This document shows, one piece after another, positions 7,769 through 16,744 of a stretch of DNA of 20,000 nucleotides. The stretch is from positions 51,025 through 71,024 of the forward strand of contig CAZCRK010000004.1 of assembly GCA_964501035.1 (NCBI GenBank). Direction: 5' to 3'. The position numbers and the translations under genes were made by a program. Below the pieces are notes generated by a model. The model did not search any database. It was not told the origin of the DNA and saw nothing but the letters and a program-made list of their open reading frames with translations. Position 1 is the stretch's first letter. Every line of letters starts with the position of its first letter.

Positions 7769-8206
7769 ATGAAATTATTCATTAAAACACATAATGATAC
7801 TGCAAACGAGTTTTATACTCACCACGGTCATTTTCATGACGGAGATGCGGGTTTAGATGTATATGTATTAGAAGATATTGAATTTAAAGCTGGTGAAACA
7901 AAGAAAATTAAACTAGGAATTTCCTGCGAACCTGAGGATGGTCAAGCATATTATCTATTTCCACGTTCCAGTATTTCTAAAACTCCACTTCGAATGGCAA
8001 ACTCTATTGGACTTATTGATGGTGGATATCGTGGCGAAATAATGGCAGTTTGTGACAATATAAAAGATTTTACATATACTGCAGAAAAAGGTCAGAGATT
8101 GTTTCAGTTGGTTGCAACTGATAGCTCCCCTATTCATTATGAGTTGGTTGATAGCTTAAGTGATACGTCACGTGGCAAAGGTGGCTTTGGAAGTACGGGA
8201 AAATGA
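7769..8206 (+). CDS. dut: Trimeric dUTP diphosphatase
   Basis: All five dUTPase motifs: DAGLD, PRSS, GLIDGGYRGEI, QRLFQL and RG.GGFGSTG. GAGGG SD at 7761-7765. Confidence 0.96.
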   Translation: MKLFIKTHNDTANEFYTHHGHFHDGDAGLDVYVLEDIEFKAGETKKIKLGISCEPEDGQAYYLFPRSSISKTPLRMANSIGLIDGGYRGEIMAVCDNIKDFTYTAEKGQRLFQLVATDSSPIHYELVDSLSDTSRGKGGFGSTGK

Positions 8207-8210
8207 TTTA

Positions 8211-8249
8211 AAGTTTGAAGTTGGAAGTTTGAAATGGGAATAAAGTTTG
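8211..8249. repeat. Short degenerate heptamer tandem repeat (AAGTTTG-like)
   Basis: AAGTTTG AAGTTGG AAGTTTG AAATGGG (8211-8238), plus another AAGTTTG at 8243-8249, between convergent dut and nadK. Confidence 0.5.
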
Positions 8250-8258
8250 ATTAATAGA

Positions 8259-9128
8259 TTAGCGAACTTTTCCAGACCACCCCATTTTCGTATGTAATGT
8301 GTTAAAATATGTATTAAATGGTAATTTAACTAGTTTTGCAATTTTGTGTGATTTTTGAATACTGATTGAATCAGTATGATTTATAGGTACATATACCTGC
8401 CCATCTGTCGTAAAAGCAATACCAACATGTTCTTCGGGAAAGCGAAGCTTAATACTGGTATCACCATCTAAAACTATTGGACGAGCAGATAAACTATGTG
8501 GAGAAATTGGGGTTATAGTGACCGTGTTTAAACTTGGATGAATAATGGGTCCACCAGCTGATAAAGAATATGCAGTTGATCCAATGGGGGTTGCAAAAAT
8601 AACCCCATCACTTTCATACGTATTTACATATTTATCCGACACTGATACTTCTGTCTTTAAAATTCGAGCTGAATTTCCATGATCTACAACAAAATCGTTC
8701 ATAGCTGTATAAGATTGCGTATTTCCTTTCAAATCTGAAACGTTCGCATCCAATAACATATGCTCTGATATTTCATATTTTCCATCAACGATATATTGTA
8801 GACTATCACGCAGATTATCTATAGTACATTCTGCTAGAAAACCAAGTCCACCAATATGTATTCCTAAAATTGGTATAGAGTGACCATTCAATTTTCTCAC
8901 TGTAGATAGAATTGTACCATCGCCACCAATTGATAACATTATATCACATGTAGTTGCGATAGTATCTAAATCGAATATTTTAATTTCAGGTGCAAGCAAG
9001 TTAGAATTTACCAACACATCCGATGCTAGCTGCATCTCATGGCCTAACTTTGTCAATTCATCCTGGACAATATTTACAATGTTTACAAATTCTGGTTTTG
9101 TATAGTTTCCTGTACAACCAAATTTCAT
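8259..9128 (-). CDS. nadK: NAD(+) kinase
   Basis: Motifs GGDGT, G.LGFL, ND, DGVI.ATP.GSTAYSLSAGGPI and PISPHSL..RP. Confidence 0.96.
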   Translation of the reverse strand: MKFGCTGNYTKPEFVNIVNIVQDELTKLGHEMQLASDVLVNSNLLAPEIKIFDLDTIATTCDIMLSIGGDGTILSTVRKLNGHSIPILGIHIGGLGFLAECTIDNLRDSLQYIVDGKYEISEHMLLDANVSDLKGNTQSYTAMNDFVVDHGNSARILKTEVSVSDKYVNTYESDGVIFATPIGSTAYSLSAGGPIIHPSLNTVTITPISPHSLSARPIVLDGDTSIKLRFPEEHVGIAFTTDGQVYVPINHTDSISIQKSHKIAKLVKLPFNTYFNTLHTKMGWSGKVR

Positions 9129-9355
9129 TATTCTACACCCGGAGTAGTTTCTAATCCATCATGTGTTCGAATTAATGTCGATATTCGTTCCTCAGCATCT
9201 TGTAATTGCTCTTTGCAGAACTTACTCAATTTCATTCCTTCTTCAAATACGTTCATCATTTGATCAAGTGGAAGATTATCTTCTTCCAGCATTTTCATAA
9301 TAGAATTTAATCGTTCTAATGCGCTTTCAAATGTTTGTTTTTTATTGCTTGTCAT
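9128..9355 (-). CDS. xseB: Exodeoxyribonuclease VII small subunit
   Basis: 75 aa with FE.AL.RL..I...LE...L.L......FEEG..L...C...L..AE; overlaps the 3' end of xseA. Confidence 0.93.
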   Translation of the reverse strand: MTSNKKQTFESALERLNSIMKMLEEDNLPLDQMMNVFEEGMKLSKFCKEQLQDAEERISTLIRTHDGLETTPGVE

Positions 9356-10562
9356 TGGATTCTCCAGCTGAAATTACTTCGGTTTGAATATTGCCATCAA
9401 GAATTTGTATATCTAATTTATCCTTTACTTTAACATTATGAATGGATGAAAGAATATTACCTTTGGAATCGGTAACCATGGCATACCCACGTTTAAACAC
9501 TTCTTTGGGATTTAAATTCATTAAATTTCGTAAAAATGATTGAACTTTATCATTATTAAAATCAAGATACTTCTGTATGGTTGAAATATACATGCGTTCA
9601 AGGTAATCTATGGTTTCAATTTGGGATTGTAAAAATAAATTTGGTTGATGAAATCCATGACGATGCAACAGGTTTTCGATTATTTCAAACCGTTTAAAAA
9701 TGTATGTATTTGAAAATGCTTGAAATTTATCTTCTATTTCATCTAAATATTGTATTAATTCATGCTTTTGTGGGACAGCAATTTCAGCACCCGCTGATGG
9801 GGTTGGAGCCCTATGGTCTGAAACAAAATCTGCTATCGTAAAATCTGTTTCATGTCCTACTGCAGAAATTACAGGGATATTTGATTCAAAAATTGTTCGT
9901 GCTAATAATTCATCATTAAAACACCATAAATCCTCCATTGAACCACCACCACGTCCAACAATAATTGTATCGACTTTATCATAATCGTTCAAAGCTTTAA
10001 TTGCACTCACAATTTCTGCTGAGGCATCCACTCCCTGTACAGATGTTGGACTTAAAACAAGCTCAACATGAGGTGCTCTACGAGAGCATACATGAATAAT
10101 ATCTCTTAATACAGATCCACTTGATGAAGTGACTATCCCTATTTTTTTAGGAAATTTTGGAATTATTTTTTTATGTGATAAGTCAAATAATCCCTCAGCT
10201 TCTAATTTTTCTTTCAATTTATTGAATTTTAGCCAAAGTTCACCTTCACCAACAGGGTACATATTTTCAACATTAATTTGATAATTTCCTCGAGGAACAT
10301 AGATGGATATACACCCATGGATAATAACTTTTTTACCTGTGGATGGAATGAAATTTAAATTCTTTGAATTAAAATTGAGCATTACTGCTGAAATTTGACT
10401 TGCATTATCTTTCAAAGTAAAATAAATATGACCTGATGGATATTTCTTAAATCCAGAAATTTCACCTTCAATCCAAACATGTGAAAACTGGCTATCAAGT
10501 TTATGTTTTACTTGGTTGTTAATTTGAGAAACAGAAAGTATGTTGGGTTTAATACTATTCAT
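9342..10562 (-). CDS. xseA: Exodeoxyribonuclease VII large subunit
   Basis: OB fold VWIEGEIS...SGHIYFTLKD; RGGGSMEDLWCFNDE; SAVGHETDFTIADFVSD.RAPTPS; RGYA. Confidence 0.96.
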   Translation of the reverse strand: MNSIKPNILSVSQINNQVKHKLDSQFSHVWIEGEISGFKKYPSGHIYFTLKDNASQISAVMLNFNSKNLNFIPSTGKKVIIHGCISIYVPRGNYQINVENMYPVGEGELWLKFNKLKEKLEAEGLFDLSHKKIIPKFPKKIGIVTSSSGSVLRDIIHVCSRRAPHVELVLSPTSVQGVDASAEIVSAIKALNDYDKVDTIIVGRGGGSMEDLWCFNDELLARTIFESNIPVISAVGHETDFTIADFVSDHRAPTPSAGAEIAVPQKHELIQYLDEIEDKFQAFSNTYIFKRFEIIENLLHRHGFHQPNLFLQSQIETIDYLERMYISTIQKYLDFNNDKVQSFLRNLMNLNPKEVFKRGYAMVTDSKGNILSSIHNVKVKDKLDIQILDGNIQTEVISAGESNDKQ

Positions 10563-10567
10563 AGATA

Positions 10568-10607
10568 GAAAAGAATATAGCCGTACATTACTGGGAATAT
10601 ACGGCTA
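10568..10607 (-). terminator. Putative intrinsic terminator or attenuator between bS22 and xseA
   Basis: Minus strand reads TAGCCGTATATT-CCCAGT-AATGTACGGCTA (12-bp stem with one G-U pair), followed by TATTCTTTTC. Confidence 0.65.
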
Positions 10608-10645
10608 AATTTCGACTATATTTCATCGGATTTACCGACTAAAAT

Positions 10646-10741
10646 TTATTTATTTTTTTTCTTATGACGATTTGCACGTAAACGTTTTTTTCGTTTATGT
10701 GTATTCATCTTTCTTTTTTTGCGTTTTTTCCCGCAGGGCAT
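10646..10741 (-). CDS. Small basic ribosomal protein bS22 (AURKAIP1/COX24 domain), 31 aa
   Basis: Not in the ORF track. Translation MPCGKKRKKRKMNTHKRKKRLRANRHKKKNK* matches the M.sGKKRK..K...HKRKKRLR..RHKK pattern. AGGAG SD at 10748-10752 overlaps the HU stop codon. Confidence 0.9.
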   Translation of the reverse strand: MPCGKKRKKRKMNTHKRKKRLRANRHKKKNK

Positions 10742-10751
10742 ATAGCTCTCC

Positions 10752-11045
10752 TTAAAATCCTCTTAATAATGATTTGTTTACAACTTCTTTCAATAATTTT
10801 GATACCTTAAAACTAGGGACAAATCGTTCTTTCAATCTAACTACTTCACGAGTAGCAGGGTTTCGAGCGTCGCGTGCTGGTTTTTGCTTAACACTAAAAC
10901 TTCCAAATCCTCTAATATCAACTCTTTCACCACGCTTTAGAGCATCTACAATACTTTGTAAAATACCTTCTAGCACAGCTTCAGTTTCTACTTTAGTCAA
11001 ACCTGTTGCAGTTGACACTTGATTTATAATATCAGCTTTTGTCAT
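10752..11045 (-). CDS. hup: HU/IHF family DNA-binding protein
   Basis: MTKADII...GE.V.IRGFGSF......R.ARNP.T......P.FK.SK.LK. The real start is ATG 11045, 1 nt after the sppA stop, not the ORF-track start at 11129. Confidence 0.92.
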   Translation of the reverse strand: MTKADIINQVSTATGLTKVETEAVLEGILQSIVDALKRGERVDIRGFGSFSVKQKPARDARNPATREVVRLKERFVPSFKVSKLLKEVVNKSLLRGF

Positions 11046-11046
11046 A

Positions 11047-11919
11047 TTATTTACCCGCGTAATATAATCTAAATTGGGGTATTGGATATAACAGGAAATT
11101 TGAAAAAGATGTTGATAGTTCTGAATCACCCAAAAAGTACTTGAGTAAGCCTGAATCAGGTTCTTCTGGGTATATTAGTTTTGGAACATCATAAATGTTT
11201 GCCATTTTCTTAATCATTTCAATGGCATCTTCAAAAGTACCAATACCATCTATCAATTTGTTTTGAACTGCCATTTCTCCAGTAAATATCTCACCGGTTG
11301 CTAAGCGTTTTACATAATCAATATCTAAATTTCGTTCGACTGCAACTGTCTGTATGAATTGGTCATACATGTTATCAACAACAGCTTGAAAGTATTCTGT
11401 ATCTTCTTTAGTTGTTTCTCTAAATGTGGATCCTGCATCTTTTAATGCTCCACTCTTAATCGTTTCATATTGTAAACCAATTTTGTCTATCAAATCTTTT
11501 GCAACAGGATAACTCATAACTACACCAATAGAGCCAGTAATAGAACCTGAATTCGCAATAATTGAATCTGCACCAATAGCAATATAATAGCCACCTGAGG
11601 CAGCGACCCCTCCAATTGATGCAACTACAGGAATTTTAAACTGATTTCTTACTGATTTAACCTTTTCAAAAATCTCTTGACTGGCTGCCACACCCCCACC
11701 AGGAGTATTTAAACGAACAATTAAAGCATTAACTTCTTTCTCTTTCACTAAATAGTTGATATCTTCTATAATTGTTTTAGATTCCATAATTGGCATAGAA
11801 ATTTCAATAACACCTATTGAAGATGATGTATTTAAGAATCCAAATGAAGAAATCTTGGTCGCTAGTATTATAACAACGAGGATTCCTAAAATAATATACG
11901 ATTTATTTCGTTTATGCAT
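11047..11919 (-). CDS. sppA: Signal peptide peptidase SppA (S49, short form)
   Basis: N-terminal TM anchor; RLNTPGG, AASGGYY, TGSIGV, KSG..KD.GS, F...VA..R and G.IFTG..A....LID.IG. Confidence 0.93.
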   Translation of the reverse strand: MHKRNKSYIILGILVVIILATKISSFGFLNTSSSIGVIEISMPIMESKTIIEDINYLVKEKEVNALIVRLNTPGGGVAASQEIFEKVKSVRNQFKIPVVASIGGVAASGGYYIAIGADSIIANSGSITGSIGVVMSYPVAKDLIDKIGLQYETIKSGALKDAGSTFRETTKEDTEYFQAVVDNMYDQFIQTVAVERNLDIDYVKRLATGEIFTGEMAVQNKLIDGIGTFEDAIEMIKKMANIYDVPKLIYPEEPDSGLLKYFLGDSELSTSFSNFLLYPIPQFRLYYAGK

Positions 11920-13546
11920 TTGTCCAAATTTTTAATTTTTGCCCTACATATATCCTATTACCACGAAGTCCATTCCACTTTTTAACTTTTGAAACTGATG
12001 TTCTATATTTCATTGCAATTTCACTTAATGTATCTCCATATTTAACCGTGTGGTAAATTTTTTGAGCTTGAGAATTTGTCATAGATGATTTTCTATATTG
12101 CGCATACCCTTCAGTAGGTATTTTCAGTTTTTGACCTGGCCGAATATACCGTGCATTGTTTAATTTATTAATACTCACAATATCTTTAACGCGAACTCCA
12201 TATTTTTGGGCAATTAACCAAAGACTTTCACCCCGTCTTACTCTATGGTCAACAAAAATAATTTCTTCAACTTTTTCTACTTCAATATTTTGATATAATG
12301 AATCAAATAGTGGACTTGCAGTTGTTGGTAGCCTAAAAGCATAGGTTTCATTTTCTTTTAAGGGTGGTAGTGTACCCTGTCTAAGTTCGGGATTGAATTG
12401 TTGTAATTCTTTAATCTTTACTCCTGAAATTTGCGAAATAGTTTCCAAACTTACAGCTTTATCTAAATTCTTAACTTCCCATTTCATTTGTGGTTCAGAG
12501 ATAACACCAAATCCATATTTTGCAGGATTTGTTGCTATAAATATTGCAGCCATGATATTCGGAACATAGTTCCTTGTCTGTGCTGGCAATCTAGTCAACT
12601 TCCAGTAATCACGTGTCCCCTGCCGTTTAATGACACGCCTTACTCTACCTTCACCACAATTATAAGCGGCAAATGCTAAATACCAATCATCAAACTCTTT
12701 ATACAAATCTTTTAAATATCGTGCTGCAGATCTTGTAGATTTTTCAAAGTCACATCGTTCGTCAACCCACCAATTTTTCTTCAAACCATAATTTTTTCCT
12801 GTAGATGAAATAAATTGCCAAAGCCCAGAAGCATGTGCATACGAATATGCATTTGGATTCAATCCACTCTCTATCATGGCTAGATAAAATAACTCAGGAG
12901 GAACACCTTCATCTTCAAGTATTGGTAATACAATGGCTTTATATTTATCCATCCTTCGAATCCAATTTTCGACACTTTTTCGACCTTGTTTTTGGAAGAA
13001 TTTTATAATACTTGCAACCTTTTGATTATATGTGATTGGAATATGTCCAGGGATAATTTCGACAGTTTCTTCAATATATTCAAGGTCTTCTAAATTTTGA
13101 CCATAAATATATTTATCTAATTTATCTCTAAATATTGCAACAGACAATCCTGTTTCAACTTTATTTATTGTAATTGCTTCATTTTCATAATAATCAACGG
13201 ATGCTTTTAATATTCTATTAAACTCAAGATGTTGAAACTCATCATGACCACTTATAGCATCTATACCAGCCAATGCTTCAAAAAGAATATCAAATTGATA
13301 CGTTGCTTCGAGAGTGTCTCCTGTTAAATCAGAAATAATTGCTTCTGCATAAATCATTTTGGCTTCTATCAATTGTGCATCAAAAATGTCCGTATCTGCA
13401 TCAAACTCAAGTGTATCATCACCAGTGGACGAAATAGTAATTGTTTCTTTTTTATCCAATTTCAATTGTGATTGATTTGTTTTAGATGAATCAGTTTGAG
13501 CATTAACCCCAATGAAAAACAATATTATGTATAAATATTTTTGCAA
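11912..13546 (-). CDS. mltD: Lytic murein transglycosylase with LysM domains (MltD-like)
   Basis: SLT motifs LAMIESG, A.GLWQF, LAFAAYNCGEG and TRNYVP; two C-terminal LysM domains (HRVRRGESLW.IA, HTVKYGDTLSEIA). Probable TTG start at 13546 after GAAGGGA, which gives a signal peptide. Confidence 0.9.
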   Translation of the reverse strand: MQKYLYIILFFIGVNAQTDSSKTNQSQLKLDKKETITISSTGDDTLEFDADTDIFDAQLIEAKMIYAEAIISDLTGDTLEATYQFDILFEALAGIDAISGHDEFQHLEFNRILKASVDYYENEAITINKVETGLSVAIFRDKLDKYIYGQNLEDLEYIEETVEIIPGHIPITYNQKVASIIKFFQKQGRKSVENWIRRMDKYKAIVLPILEDEGVPPELFYLAMIESGLNPNAYSYAHASGLWQFISSTGKNYGLKKNWWVDERCDFEKSTRSAARYLKDLYKEFDDWYLAFAAYNCGEGRVRRVIKRQGTRDYWKLTRLPAQTRNYVPNIMAAIFIATNPAKYGFGVISEPQMKWEVKNLDKAVSLETISQISGVKIKELQQFNPELRQGTLPPLKENETYAFRLPTTASPLFDSLYQNIEVEKVEEIIFVDHRVRRGESLWLIAQKYGVRVKDIVSINKLNNARYIRPGQKLKIPTEGYAQYRKSSMTNSQAQKIYHTVKYGDTLSEIAMKYRTSVSKVKKWNGLRGNRIYVGQKLKIWTNA

Positions 13547-13562
13547 AATTATTCCCTTCAAA

Positions 13563-14633
13563 TTAATTAATATGGTAAAGTGGACAATGTTGGCATGAAT
13601 TGGAAGCACATAATTCTTTCATAATCAACAATAATCCTTGTTGGAGACCAAATGATATTTTGGTTTTTAAATTCCATTTGGATAGTAGGCGTTTACATTT
13701 TCCATATGGTTGGCAGTTTAAATGATACCATTCATCAAACAAAGAGGAATTTGTGTTGTTTTGTTTTAATGGAATGAAGATATTTCCCAGCAATTCAATT
13801 AGAAAATGATTTCCTGGTACATTATAACCTTTTTGTTTAACTATTTTTTGCATTTTGAACACATCAATATGATTTATATCTAAATTTTTATCAAATAAAA
13901 TATACCCTAAATATACAAGCAATGCTAAACGGTTTTGTGGGTTTGCCTTAGGGTATCTACTACCATACTCCCAACTTGAAGCATGCAACATGTTTTTCAA
14001 AGATAAAATCATTTGTTCAATATGAGTATCTTTATAATTTTCAATAAAATAATATACCAAAGTTTGTTTGGTAATTTTGTTTCCGTGAACATCTAAGAAG
14101 TGAAATAATTTTTCAATCACATATTTTTGTGAATTCGTTTTAAATTGTTCACACGTAGTTTCATATTTCACATTAGAATATATACGTACACATTCTATAA
14201 TCTGACTTTCAGAAAGTGAATTAACTATGTTAGTACATGAATTTGAGTCTTGGGAAAATGAAGAAGTAAGTTGAATTGTAGGAATTCTTTTATGGTTGTT
14301 ATTTAAAATAGGTACATAATCACCCGAAGAAAATACATGCAATACTACATTTGTATAAAACGGATCAAGATGATGTTGATGAGTGTACCATTCTTCACAT
14401 GTATTGTGAATTTCCACATCACCTCGTATAACATCATTATCAAGTAAAATTACTGCGTTTTTATAATCTGGTCCCGACACTAGGTTGCGCATTCCAGTAG
14501 ATAGTATTTTAATATTTTTAGATTCAAATACAAATTGATTGCCCTGTTGTTTCTCCCACGAATTATATACAAAAGTTTCATCTTTAATACGATTTTTTAT
14601 GGATGATTCTTGCAATGAATATTTTTGAATCAT
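13563..14633 (-). CDS. DUF2851 family protein
   Basis: N-terminal G..N..SGPD..NA.I......GDVEIH....W..H.HH.DP.Y.NVVLHV and C-terminal C....C..C. ATG 14633 lies 1 nt after the plsC stop; TTG 14642 is an alternative start. Confidence 0.8.
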   Translation of the reverse strand: MIQKYSLQESSIKNRIKDETFVYNSWEKQQGNQFVFESKNIKILSTGMRNLVSGPDYKNAVILLDNDVIRGDVEIHNTCEEWYTHQHHLDPFYTNVVLHVFSSGDYVPILNNNHKRIPTIQLTSSFSQDSNSCTNIVNSLSESQIIECVRIYSNVKYETTCEQFKTNSQKYVIEKLFHFLDVHGNKITKQTLVYYFIENYKDTHIEQMILSLKNMLHASSWEYGSRYPKANPQNRLALLVYLGYILFDKNLDINHIDVFKMQKIVKQKGYNVPGNHFLIELLGNIFIPLKQNNTNSSLFDEWYHLNCQPYGKCKRLLSKWNLKTKISFGLQQGLLLIMKELCASNSCQHCPLYHIN

Positions 14634-14634
14634 T

Positions 14635-15351
14635 TTATTCAAACACAGTTTTATTTTTTTGAATGACTTCTCTACATTGATTTAGCAATACATTCCTATC
14701 ATCTTCGCAATAGTTTTCAGTATAAATTGGTTTATCAATAATAAATTGTATATGTTGTTTTCTAATAAACAAACTTCCCTTCGGCAATGCATTTCCTGAT
14801 TGAATTATTGTAATGGGTACAATGGGTAATTTAGAACGAATTGCAAGTATAAACCCTCCTTTTTTAAACGGTAATAGTTTGCCGTTAGTTGATCGTGTAC
14901 CTTCTGGAAACAAAACTGCTGAAGCAGTGGTATCTTGGAGGTGCTGAAGCGCATGATTCACTGAACGCTTTGCTTTAGTTTTATTTTTTCTATCCACTCT
15001 AATCATACCTGCTGATTTCATTGCCCAACCAAATACGGGGATTGAAAAAAGTTCTTTTTTAGCAAAAAATGAAAGATTAAATGGAAGACTTGCTACAGCT
15101 AAAGGAATGTCTAAATGGCTTTCATGGTTACCGAGAAATATGTACTGGTGATTATACTTCAAGTTTTCAGCGCCGCTTACTGTATAGTTAACACCAGAAA
15201 TAAACAAAAACCACTTACCCCATACTCTGGGTAAAATTCCAATAATCTTCTTTTGAGTATCAAAAAGACCAAAAAGAATTATAACCAAACCAATTATTAG
15301 AGTAGAAACTAATAAGTTTAATAAAATCCAAACTAAATGAAGATATTTCAA
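14635..15351 (-). CDS. plsC: 1-acyl-sn-glycerol-3-phosphate acyltransferase
   Basis: Motifs NHESHLD (HX4D), FAKKEL, FPEGTRS, PFKKGGF and PIVP. TTG start 2 nt after the serS stop. Confidence 0.93.
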   Translation of the reverse strand: MKYLHLVWILLNLLVSTLIIGLVIILFGLFDTQKKIIGILPRVWGKWFLFISGVNYTVSGAENLKYNHQYIFLGNHESHLDIPLAVASLPFNLSFFAKKELFSIPVFGWAMKSAGMIRVDRKNKTKAKRSVNHALQHLQDTTASAVLFPEGTRSTNGKLLPFKKGGFILAIRSKLPIVPITIIQSGNALPKGSLFIRKQHIQFIIDKPIYTENYCEDDRNVLLNQCREVIQKNKTVFE

Positions 15352-15353
15352 AT

Positions 15354-16622
15354 TTAGCTAATCTTTTCTAACTTCATATAGGGTTGTAAAACTTCAGGAA
15401 TTAAAATACTTCCATCAGACTGCTGATAGGTTTCAAGCAATGCAACAACTAATCTTGGAGTTGCTACTCCAGATCCATTTAATGTGTGAAGAAAATCTAC
15501 TTTTTGATCAGAATCTCTTCGATAACGAATATTACCCCTACGAGCTTGAAATGATTCAAAATTACTACAACTAGATACTTCTAAATATTTATCTTCACCC
15601 GGTGACCAAATTTCAATATCATAACATTTAGCTGCAGAGAAGGATAAATCACCCGTACATAATTCAATAATTTTATAGTGTAATCCTAAGGCTTGTAAAA
15701 TTTCTTCAGCATCAATGACTAATTTTTCTAATTCAGTATAGGAATTTTCAGGTTTAACAAATTTAACCATTTCAACTTTATTGAATTGATGCACTCGTAG
15801 TAATCCACGTGTGTCTTTACCATAACTGCCTGCTTCACGTCTAAAACATGCGCTATATGCTGTATAACATTTAGGCAACTCAGATTCTAATAAAATTTCA
15901 TCTCGATGTATATTAGTTACTGGGACTTCAGCTGTTGAAATACAATACAAATCATCTCCAGGGATTTTATACATATCTTCTTCAAATTTTGGCAATTGAC
16001 CCGTTGTGCGTGTAGCGTCTGAAGTTGTTAAAAATGGAGGAAACAATTCTGAGTATCCATGTTTTTCAACATGGTAATCTAACATAAAATTTATAAGAGC
16101 ACGTTCCAGTTTCGCTCCCATTTTTGTATACAACGGAAATCCTGAACCTGACATTTTAATGGCACGTTTAAAATCAACTAATTCTAAATCTTCACAAAGA
16201 GAAATATGATCTTTAATTTTAAAATCAAATTCAGGTTTATTACCATAAGATTTAATAAAGACATTTGCTGATTCATCCAAACCTATTGGTACAGAGCTAT
16301 GATGCAAGTTAGGGAAATACAAAAGCTTATTATGAATACTACTATCAATATTTTTTAGAGTATCATCAAGTTCTTTAATTTTTTCAGATACAGAACGCAT
16401 TTCTAATATTACATCTTCTGCACTTTCGCCTTGTTTCTTTTTATCAGCAATGGCTTTGGAGGCTTTGTTTCTTTGTGATTTTAACTGCTCTACAAGTTGA
16501 ATCACATCTCTTCGCTTTATATCTAAATCTATGATTTCATCTACCTTGATGGATGAATTTTTATTTTTCAAAGATGTTTGGACTAACTCAATGTTTTCAC
16601 GAATAGATTTTAATGAAAGCAT
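15354..16622 (-). CDS. serS: Serine--tRNA ligase
   Basis: N-terminal coiled coil; TGQLPKF, TAEVP, CFRREAGSYGKDTRGLLRVHQF.KVE, EVSSCSN and TLNGSG.A..R. AGGAG SD at 16627-16631. Confidence 0.98.
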   Translation of the reverse strand: MLSLKSIRENIELVQTSLKNKNSSIKVDEIIDLDIKRRDVIQLVEQLKSQRNKASKAIADKKKQGESAEDVILEMRSVSEKIKELDDTLKNIDSSIHNKLLYFPNLHHSSVPIGLDESANVFIKSYGNKPEFDFKIKDHISLCEDLELVDFKRAIKMSGSGFPLYTKMGAKLERALINFMLDYHVEKHGYSELFPPFLTTSDATRTTGQLPKFEEDMYKIPGDDLYCISTAEVPVTNIHRDEILLESELPKCYTAYSACFRREAGSYGKDTRGLLRVHQFNKVEMVKFVKPENSYTELEKLVIDAEEILQALGLHYKIIELCTGDLSFSAAKCYDIEIWSPGEDKYLEVSSCSNFESFQARRGNIRYRRDSDQKVDFLHTLNGSGVATPRLVVALLETYQQSDGSILIPEVLQPYMKLEKIS

Positions 16623-16656
16623 ATATCTCCTATAAATTAATCAAAAATGAATAGAA

Positions 16657-16685
16657 AATTTAAACCTATTCTAAGGTTGCGACAA
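16657..16685 (-). promoter_or_regulatory. Putative sigma70-type promoter for the serS operon
   Basis: Minus strand TTGTCG (16685-16680), 17-nt spacer, TAAATT (16662-16657), about 35 nt upstream of the serS ATG. Confidence 0.5.
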
Positions 16686-16744
16686 AGAATGGATTAATTA
16701 GGGAATAGTATATTAATTTGGTAAACTTGTAATGTTAAAGAAAA

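Noticed and set aside
11046..11129. 28-aa N-terminal extension of HU in the ORF track
   Set aside because: Overlaps the sppA 3' end; the family start MTKAD begins at 11045.
13547..13609. 21-aa N-terminal extension of MltD in the ORF track
   Set aside because: Overlaps DUF2851; TTG 13546 has an SD-like GAAGGGA and yields a normal signal peptide.
16623..16744. T-box or other riboswitch upstream of serS
   Set aside because: The leader is short and AT-rich, with no T-box consensus (AAnnnGGGTGGnACC) or terminator/antiterminator, and a candidate promoter lies only about 35 nt from the ATG.
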